Assembly (NCBI GenBank): GCA_002633005.1
Contig: NMRA01000298.1
Span: forward strand, 71,791 to 108,229
Length of the DNA stretch: 36,439 nt
Direction: 5' to 3'
Origin: Phoronis australis
Taxonomy: Eukaryota; Animalia; Phoronida
The translations under genes were made by a program, and so were the position numbers. The notes below the pieces were generated by a model. That model made no database searches. It saw only the letters and a list, made by a program, of their open reading frames with translations, and had not been told where the DNA came from. Positions 24,701 to 34,600 of the stretch are shown here, piece by piece (position 1 is the first letter of the stretch; the number at the start of each line of letters is the position of its first letter).

Positions 24701-27700
24701 TGATTAGAATTATTGCAAAGCCCATCGAAAATGTGTTTAACGCTGAGAATCACAGTTGTCTAACGGTTAACACATCAGAATACTTGCTGTTTTAATAGGT
24801 CAAATTTTCTAAAGAAAAATGCACCTAGTTACCCCATGTTTGCACTAAATGACCTGAAACATTGGATTCCCATTTGATTTACCTGTGGCAATCAGACCTG
24901 TCAATTTGAAGTGTCCAGCTCAAAATTTTAGTTTGCACCTAATGAACTTTGACCTATCTCACCTGATTGGATGACCCGATTACTTAGAAAAGTAACTTTT
25001 TAAATTATCATGTTTTCTTGTACCTGTGCTCCGAACTTGAAAAAGATAGCTTTAAAACTCTAGGAGGAGTAGCATTTTGAAAATTATATCACCATTGCAC
25101 CAAACTACCTCATCCGGTGCAATATGGAACATGATTATATAACCATTCAAAATTAATATACTGTCAAAAGTCTTATGCTGAATTTAAAGACCGTACCTGC
25201 ACCCAATTTGGAGTTATTAAGACTCCAATTTGGTCGGAAGAAGAATAAGAAGAAGAATAAGAAGAAGAATAAGAATAAGAATAAAATTGAAGAAACCCCA
25301 GGAACAACAGTACTCTGTGCTTACACGCGCAGAGTAATAAAATTGAAGAAAACCCAGGAACAAAAGTACTCTGCGCTTACACGCGCAGAGTAACTAGACA
25401 GATTATTGTCACGGCGTGACAATAACGGACTCTGCGCGTGCGTACTACTGGAATCATTATGGGAAGTTACTGACAGCAACCCGTTTACCAATATGAAAAG
25501 AATTCTTTAATATTGTAGGAGAAATTACATATTAATTTTTTGATGACCTTTCCAGTAATTGACCTCTTCCGGTGCATTATGAGCCCCGATGAGGGAGTAA
25601 TTGTTAACTCGATTAAAAGTAAGGTTAATGCTAATAATCACAGGTGTTTTATTTTAAGCACTTCACAATACAAGATGAATGAATTGGTCAAACTTTCAGA
25701 AGAAAAATGCACCTAATGATTCCATGGGTGCACCAAATGACCTGAAAATTTAGAATTCAAACTCAATCGCACTTAGTAAACAGATATGTAATTCTGAAGT
25801 CTCTAGCTCAAAATTTTAGAAAATGATTATACAATCAATCAAAATATATGTACTGTCAAAAATCATATGCTTAATTAAAGGAACGTACCTGTACCCAATT
25901 TGGAGTTATTAAGCCTTAAAGTTGGTCAGAAGAAGAATAAGAAGAAGAGTAAGAATAAGAAGAATAAGAATAAAATTGAAGAAAACCCAGGAACAACAGT
26001 ACTCTGCTCTTGTACGCGCAGAGTAACGAGTCAAATCACCAGTGTGTGGGGAATCTTTCCTGCAACAAGGTTTTTTGGCTTCTTTGATAAATTCAAATTT
26101 TTTTAAATATTGTTTTATTATTGGGTAAACATTTTATTTATACCCATCGGTTCGGATCAAAAGATAATTACATCTAAGTAGATTGTTTAACTTCAAGAAA
26201 CAATATTATATAAGTGAAAAGTATAGTACTCGTAAGGATTCGAATTCAGAATTTGTACAAAAAAGATTGTGTAGCTTTGAAACTGTTTTTCTTAGTAGTC
26301 AAGAGGACTTTAGGTGTGGAGTATGTGTGCCTGTCTGTGGTGGTCTTGTCTTTTTGTGTTATTGTTAACATTCTCATTGCCAATGAATGTAAAAAAATAC
26401 TTGTCGAGAGTACATTTTTTCCGGCACCAACAATTTCCGGATTTCGAAATGGACAGTTTATAGTAAAACAAATCAGAAGACTTATTTAAACTAGGAAGAT
26501 TTATTTTTTCGTGAATATGTGATATTGATACATGTCTTATGAACACAAGGCTCTCCAAAGGTACTAAGTTGCTATTTTCTTGAGAGAAACGATGGTCGAC
26601 AGAAAGTGCTGGCATGGAATTTCCGTCCCCGCGTGTGCTGTCCAGTCCCGGGGTTCTTGTTTTAAGGATCGGGGTTTGTGTTTTTCGGGGTGTTTAACTG
26701 TTTTAAAGGTGTGGGAATTTGTATAATTGGTTTACACCGCAGTTCCAATTTTGATGAAACACCTTGAAACATTTGACCCAGTGACTATTCACAAAATGAT
26801 ATTTCAGCGGCCCGTGTCGGCCAGTGAGTACTTACGTAAATATGACCTCCGTCTGAACCATTTGCACCAGTCCACGTGTACTGCTTGATGTTGAATCGTG
26901 ATAATTTTGGACAAGTTCCTTGAAGAAAAAATAAACTGTTCTATATAATTTGAACGTATGGAAAAAGAGGCTCTACTTTATATCGGTAACAGGAAACCAT
27001 GGTTTTGAAGTGTTCATGAAGGCAGCTACCAATTCCGATTCAAGTTCGTCGGGCACACATTCTATGTCCCGATAAGACATAATAACCAATGAAGGAAAAC
27101 GAGACACCAACGAATGAAAAATGTCCCCATCAGAACTAAATCCAAGCTGGACCTCACTTGAAATTTGGTCATTGAAACCCATCTGAGCGGAAAACCGCCA
27201 GTCTGGGAAATAGTGTTACCGAGGTTTTCCGTAGATAAGCCCACCTGATGAAACGCCGATGGGAGTTTATTTGGTGCTACAACTGCTCTTGTCAAGTGTC
27301 CAAATACTGGGGCATTTACTCGGAAAATTTCTTCTTAAAAGACCTCTATGCCTTAACTTTAAATCACAAATTCAGAATTGTGTAGCAGTTATCATTTATA
27401 AGAACGAACAAAGTACTGCGAACTATGCATTTATTAACATAATATTTGTAAATACATGTACATTGTAAGTAAAAAGTGTGAAAGTCGGGATTCATATGGC
27501 TTTACGTATACACGCCATAATTTTCCTAATAAACACCATGGCGTTTAATTTGTACTGTTTAAACCTCTGAAATGTTTCATTTTTCGAATACAAACCCATG
27601 TATTGGACTCTTCAAATGAAGCACAAACGATGTGGAGCCCGCGCTTTTAAGACTTGGATTACCTTAAATCTACAATAAACCTGCGTTTTATTCTAAAACT

Positions 27701-30700
27701 AGCTTTTGATTTATATTATTAATGCCGCTATAAAATTGGTCCCAAATCATGTTAACTACTCCTATGAGAATGGATTTTTGATTGCACAAATCTAACATTT
27801 CGTCTGGTCACAGTGCAACAACGTGCTCGGCGAATAAATTGACACGCCATGAGAAATCAACGTATCGACCATAATTCTAAGCTTTAACGAGGTATAACAT
27901 TTCCCCACCTAGGAAATTATTCTTACCTTGGCTAAGCGACAATTTGAGGCTAATATTCTAAAAGTAAGAGTTCATGATCAGAATTTGGTGAAATCTTTCA
28001 ATGCAGTTACAGTGTAGTACATTTAGCCGCTTTAAAGAATATGGAGAATATGAAAGAATATGTGGTGGGTGGAAAAATTCAATGGCGCTGAATGAAAGGC
28101 TCCAACAGAACGGTAACAATGAACAGCACGGTCACACTTGTCTCCGCCGCTAACTTAGTTGGTCGGTTAGATTTTCGCTTANAACGCCGATGGGAGTTTA
28201 TTTGGTGTTACAACTGCTCTTGTCAAGTGTCCAAATAGTGGGGCATTTACTCGGAAAATTTCTTCTTAAAAGACCTCTATGCCTTAACTTTAAATCACAA
28301 ATTCAGATTTGTGCAGCAGTTATCATTTATAAGAACGAAAAAAGTGCTGCGAACTATGCATTTATTAACATAATATTTGTAAATACATGTACATTGTAAG
28401 TAAAAAGTGTGAAAGTCGGGAATCATATGGCTTTACGTATACACGCCATAATTTTCCGAATAAACACCATGGCGTTTAATTTGTACTGTTTAAACCTCTG
28501 AAATTTTTCATTTTTCGAATACAAACCCATGTATTGGACTCTTCAAATGAAGCACAAACGATGTGGAGCCCGCGCTTTTAAGACTTGGATTACCTTAAAT
28601 CTGCAATAAACCTGCGTTTTATTCTAAAACTAGCTTTTGATTTATAGTATTAGTGCCGCTATAAAATTGGTTCCAAATCATGTTAATTACTCCTATGAGA
28701 ATGGATTTTTGATTGCACAAATCTAACATTTTGTCTGGTCACAGTGCAACAACGTGCTCGGCGAATAAATTGACACGCCATGAGAAATCAACGTATCGAC
28801 CATAATTCCAAGCTTTAACGAGGTATAACATTTCCCCACCTAGAAAATTATTCTTACCTTGGCTAAGCGACAATTTGAGGCTAATATTCTAAAAGTAAGA
28901 GTTCATGATCAGAATTTGGTGAAATCTTTCAATGCAGTTACAGTGTAGTACATTTAGCCGCTTTAAAGAATATGGAGAATATGAAAGAATATGTGGTGGG
29001 TGGAAAAATTCAATGGCGCTGAATGAAAGGCTCCAACAGAACGGTAACAATGAACAGCACGGTCACACTTGTCTCCGCCGCTAACTTAGTTGGTCGGTTA
29101 GATTTTCGCTTAAGCCCATGAGCTAGCACCATCTACATTTTGTAATGCTTATTACATGTTTTATATTCTGTGCAGTCAGTTCGTAACAAATTTGTTGTAT
29201 TTAAAACAGTCTTCAATTGCCCAAAAGACTAAATCCGTATTTTGTGTTTGCAATACACTGGCGGATCTAGGGTATCACATAAGGGGGGGGGGGCAACATT
29301 TCGTCTGTAAGCATTTGCGCAAAGCACGATTGCAGATGCGCATAGCACCGAATGGGCGGAGGTCGGGAGGAAGATTCCATTTCCTTTAAAAAAATGAAGT
29401 AATTTTCTTCATTGCACAGTGGAGCAGACGACGGAAACGTCGTCGTAGTGCCCAGCGCCACTGCCGGTCGCCTGAGATATCGTGGGAGAGCCTATACTTA
29501 GCCATAGTTCCGTTACGATTGCGCCGTGCTCCGAATTTGACACTTGAAATTGGATCTGAGCCCCATCCCCCTCAAACACTAAAACTGCTCACATTAAAAT
29601 CTTGCTTCAACCGTATAATTCTATTTGCCGGGGTTATTTAATAAACTCAAAATTTTCCTACGCTCTTTCTGTTTTATTTTTTGCGCCCCCCCAAATTCGC
29701 TTATTACATTACCGGTAGTTTGTGTCGTTCCACACTTTCAAATAGCTGCGCCAATCAAAAACCGCAAATGAGGGTTCACGGTGGTTTTGAACTAGTTGAG
29801 AAATGTAAGTCATCCGTCATATCCCTGACACTGACAAAAACGCAACCAACAATTTGAAGGCGACAATGTCCGAATCTACACTTGAACGGACATTTTTTCG
29901 GAAATACCTGGAAACTAAAATTACTCTTGAACGAGATTTCTTACCTGGACAATTGCCCCATCGTCGGTCGCTGTCATAATCAGAGGTGGTCGAACACCAC
30001 GGTTTGTCATGATTCGTCTTAGTACACTCACTGTACGTCACGCCCTTGTAAACGAAGGGAGACGAGCACGATGATCCACCGGCATTACCACCGTAAGTCG
30101 GCAGGTTAGTTTCTGCGAATTACATGTAAACATTTTAAAAGCATACTAAAAAAGCCACGAGGACGATACAGTAATTCTGCATTAGGTGTCATACATGTAT
30201 CTCAACGTAATCTCTTGATTCAAACGGACAATTTCGAGTACTAAATTTTATCCACGAATTTCGCCAAATGCATACATGTACATGTGTACATGTATGTAAG
30301 AATATCAACTCACAATCAATCAATCCAAATGGAAAAGTTGATAATTTAATACACGAACTTACGAAGTGTAGGTAAGTGAGAATGGCTTTAAACATGCTCT
30401 CCGCGGTCCAAGAAGCAACACTGTTTGATTTCGACCACTTACCGTTACGAGTTTAAACTTTTACCTTACTTAATTTCTAAAATATACTGTGTAAGCCTAT
30501 TTGCACCAGCTTCTGGACTATAGTCATTGGCACAGCGTTTCCAGATATCATTCCTATATCTATTTTCAGGTGTTACAGCGTTTTTTAATACAATTTGCAC
30601 GGGTGTTTGATACACTGATGGTGATTAATGATGAACTCATTTTTCTTTGAGGAAACTGGTAGTGAAGTATGGACTTTTAGTCCAATCCTCTAACTACTGC

Positions 30701-31568
30701 ACCACTACATCAATACACCACTAACTCAGCTATCAACTTAGAGAGAAATTTGTTACACTTCCTTCTTCAACATGTCATTTGGCTGATCGTTGCGTTGACT
30801 GAAGACATTGCCGTGTAGGTTCATAGATTTGGGATGGATGCCCATTCTGAAGTACTCCTGTAGACGTAAATTCGTATGTTCCAGCACAAAAACTTGTCGA
30901 AAAACATCTCCGGGACAACACCTCTTATGATAACGGGAACTCAGTAAATAAACGTAAACCTTCTGTAGATTAAGCTAAGAAACTTTTGTAAATCTAAAAA
31001 ATAAGGAGAAAGACTTTTCCCGTTTTGTAAACTCACCGAATGACCGCCTGAGGTCGTTCTCTTCAACTGTCATGGACGCTCCGACATTGCTACCCCACCC
31101 AGTTTGGGAATCCGGTACACTGTATCCGGAGCATGCACCAACGTTGAACTTAATTACTATGTCGCCAGCTTGGTGCAAATCGCAAATACCGTCGACTAGA
31201 ATGAACAGAACGAACGTCTTTTACTTTCGACTGCTTGAAAAGTTCTACTTACACCCTGGCCAGTTATTTAATTTAACAGTAAGAAAGGCTTTCCACTATA
31301 AAGTTCGCTCAAATCCATCGAGTAGTCGGAACTTTACAAATTCGCCTCGTCCACGGCAATCAAGCAGCTCGAAGTGGAAATTCGGTTGATAGGGGCGTTT
31401 TATACTCTCCAGCATGTTGCTTCATCGTGAAATGAGGTTTTGTTTGTTTTTTTCGCCGCAAAGAGCATTCTTAGTCCATTGAAAACGACTCTCAAACACA
31501 CACACACACACACACACACAAACATAAACGCACACGCACGCGCACAAATATAAACGCACACGCACGCA

Positions 31569-31606
<38 letters not shown>

Positions 31607-34600
31607 ATATGTCTCGCCAACTGTTGTTGGTTCACTCCTGAAGTCGAGCGTACTAGCTGACTGATTAAAGCGAAATCAAAGACCTTCACTAACCGTGTAG
31701 GCAATAAGCAAGAAATGTTCTCCCAATAGAGGTAACGAGCTATAAGTTTGTAGAAAATCTCCTTTCCGGAGGCAAGGTCAACATTTCAAAGAAAACAATT
31801 ATGAAAATCATAAACACTGACTTATGTGGATGTTTTAATCTGTCAAAATATTGTGGAAAAAATTGGAAAAAATCCACGTCCCCGCCAAGCTGATAACTTT
31901 CGAAAAGACCAAATTAACGTTATCATTTGCCGACAACGTTATTACAATTTCAGTTCGCCGCTTTTACTGCACAAAAACTAATTTAATATTCGCTGAGCTA
32001 AGTGATCGAAAAAAAAGAATATGTCGATGAATTATTACTCTGATTCTGTTAAGTTTTGTAATCAATTATGAAATCCTCCCGTAGTCAATAAAATCAACAA
32101 CGAAAAAAGGCACCCTGGCAAAAGCGGGGGCTCAACTGCTCCTCGCTCGGTATGGGAGCTGTATAGTGTACATATACTGTATGTTCACAGTCAGATATGA
32201 ACTTCAGCACATAAAAGCATTGGACTGCCCCCAAAGAACTTGCATTGGTCTAAGAGTGTAGACCTCCTCAAATTTGATTGTGCAATGTTTTGTTGAGCGC
32301 GTTTATTGCGAAATTGTTGTTCGTGTTGTGCTTCATGACAACAACTTCTCTTGACATACATGTACCCTACCAGTTACCAGCGTGATGTACCGATTTATCT
32401 ACAAGTGGTTTCCTGTATATCTTGTGTTTGAGCTTAGTGGGACATTCTTTTATTTCGGGGAGCTACTTTGATCGTGTGTGCAAGTTTTCATTTGTTGGTC
32501 AATGCGGTACTATTTTTCGTTTTAAGTCAATCTCGGACGGCTCTTCTTATAAATAAACTTGCCCAAAATTTCAACAGCATTCTGAGGGTGAGTTGCTCAG
32601 CGGTGTCTGGCGAACACTTCTCAGGGTGTATTTTGTCAGTGGCGTGCACTAAATTGTTTGGAATGGTTTTGAGAAAAATTGGGCGTCGTTATTAGGTTCT
32701 TGGTTAACCCTTCCACAATGGAATTTCTCTGTCATTGGTCATTCAGTGCCCAGATTACAACGCAACAATATTGATCAATTTGTGTCAGTATTGGCGCAAG
32801 GGTGATGAGTTGGAGGCATCTGAGGAAAAAAAACAGAGTCGTTTATGTGAGGATATTTATTGATCAATAACACGTACTTAATCATATGGAATTGTTGCCA
32901 ATGTTTTGGGTAAGCTCGTTTGACTTTCAGTGACCAATCTGCAGGCACAAGGCTTTAAAAATAGTTCTGTGGTAGCAAAGGTTGTAGAACTAGAACTCTT
33001 TTTTCCTACACATGACCTCAATTTTAGTGATATTTAGCAATTACAAATAGAAGCAGAAAAAACAGTACACCTTCGATTGCCCTTATGCTTCACACTCCGA
33101 CGTTTTGTGCTTCTGAGCAAGCGCATTAGAATTGCAAAAGCACTTTCAACAAGAAAGAAGCAGTACGAAGGCACCACTGCTCAACTGGCGCTCACCTTGG
33201 GTGGGACGGTAATCATCCCTTGCCGTGCCTTTATACCACGCTATCTCTATTTTTCCTGGAGAGGGACACTCTTGGTCGTTAAAGGTAAAGAACCATCGGG
33301 AGCAACATCCGCTGCAGTTGTAACTTGAGCGAACGACGCCGCGGAAACTCACTCGCAGCGAAGTGTAAGAGTACTGCTTCTTGAAAGTCTTAGACTGAAA
33401 CAGTAACATCATTTTTCATAAAGCATAGACAATTATAAGGACAGCACGTTTTCCTACTTCCACGACAAAGAAGAGTTCTATGCGGCACCGACGCATTCTC
33501 GAGAAAACCAGTCATCCCGAAGTAAATATAAAGGGCACTTTGAAATTTAGACATGTCAATTTTAAGCCAAGTATGGAATTAACAGTCGTTCGTTTCAGAA
33601 TTTAAAACTTACCATTAAATTTCCGTTATCGGTTGAACTGCCGAAGTTGACGTAATAGTAGTGTCGGATATTAGCCACTGGAACTTCGTCACATTCTTTA
33701 TAGGGAGCTGTGTTTCAAAAGAAAGCTAGGATTGAATCACAATCATTAGGTTGAAACACGTTAATGGCACACTACCTTAATTTTCGAAGGATAGCTTCAC
33801 ATTGCCATTAAATTCCTGTTAATTGGTCCGAAACGTGGTGCTCTAAACCTGGCTTCATGGTACATTAAAGTTAGCCACGGATTGTCCTCGCTTGCTTCAG
33901 ATTTTAAGGACTGTGGCACGTCAACAACATCTAGTGGCAAATTCTATTAGATCGTAATAATCTCGCGAGATGGTTGTCGACTGTACTTGGATGACCTCAA
34001 AGCGATTACCAGGTTGCATATGTACTACACAAAAAATTATTATTTCACTGCAATTTATGGCCCAGCTGAACTCAGAAAGTCTCTTGTACACGGAAAAATG
34101 AGCGTAAAGAAAAGATCGTACAAAAGATAATGAAAGACCACATGATGATAATCGACAAACTCAATGAATTTGGGACGTCAGAATCGAAACTTGTTTAAAA
34201 ACACACAAGTAGCCAACAATTCGTGGCCGAGTTTTGCAAGATCACTTGCATGCGGGTTTAGCAAGAAAACCAATTTCGTGGCAAGATATCAGCATGCATC
34301 ACAAGAACACTGATGACCGTTCCCAGGGGCGGAATCAGGATTTTTAGTTGGGGGGCAGGGCAGAGTAGCCAGGATTTTGTCGTCAGATATTCGCCCCTCC
34401 CCGAACAACCAAGTGAAATCTGGGAGAAGTTCAGGGGGAACATAGCCCCCTTCGCCTCCTTCTAAATCCGCCACTGGTTCCTTGCCTTACAGAACAACCA
34501 TTGGCCGCAGTTTCGGAAAGCTCCGTATGTTTCGTAAGAACTGTATCTCACCCACGCAGATCCCCACATTGTTAGTACAGTCTTTCATACAAGCCTTGTC

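Larger units (their letters stand above)
14972..26329 (+). repeat. Large direct duplication: 14972-21017 vs 21464-26329, N at 21018
   Basis: Colinear near-identical sequence, including about 300 bp of non-array flank (20715-21017 vs 26027-26329). The first copy ends exactly at the N. Confidence 0.9.

Noticed and set aside
14972-26026. Array considered as CRISPR-like or as a tandem gene cluster
   Set aside because: The sequence between motifs is itself repeated (no unique spacers), the context is a eukaryotic intron, and frames are not conserved between units.
18467-26106. Repeated Lys/Asn-rich ORFs (KKNKKKNKNK) in the ORF track
   Set aside because: They are translations of the (AAGAAT)n microsatellite within the repeat units, with no coherent coding signal.
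26973-27295. Two overlapping minus-strand ORFs upstream of exon 7
   Set aside because: No domain resemblance, and they are not needed for a phase-consistent gene model.
27927-27957. 31-nt segment with good minus-strand splice signals (ttttag|...AAG|gtaaga), duplicated near 28858
   Set aside because: In the required phase it reads into TAG immediately and shifts the frame; exon 6 joins exon 7 cleanly without it.
31400-31704. CV-repeat ORFs
   Set aside because: Translation of the (CA)n microsatellite.
33961-33970. TCTCGCGAGA palindrome (BANP-type promoter motif)
   Set aside because: A single intronic occurrence with no supporting promoter context.
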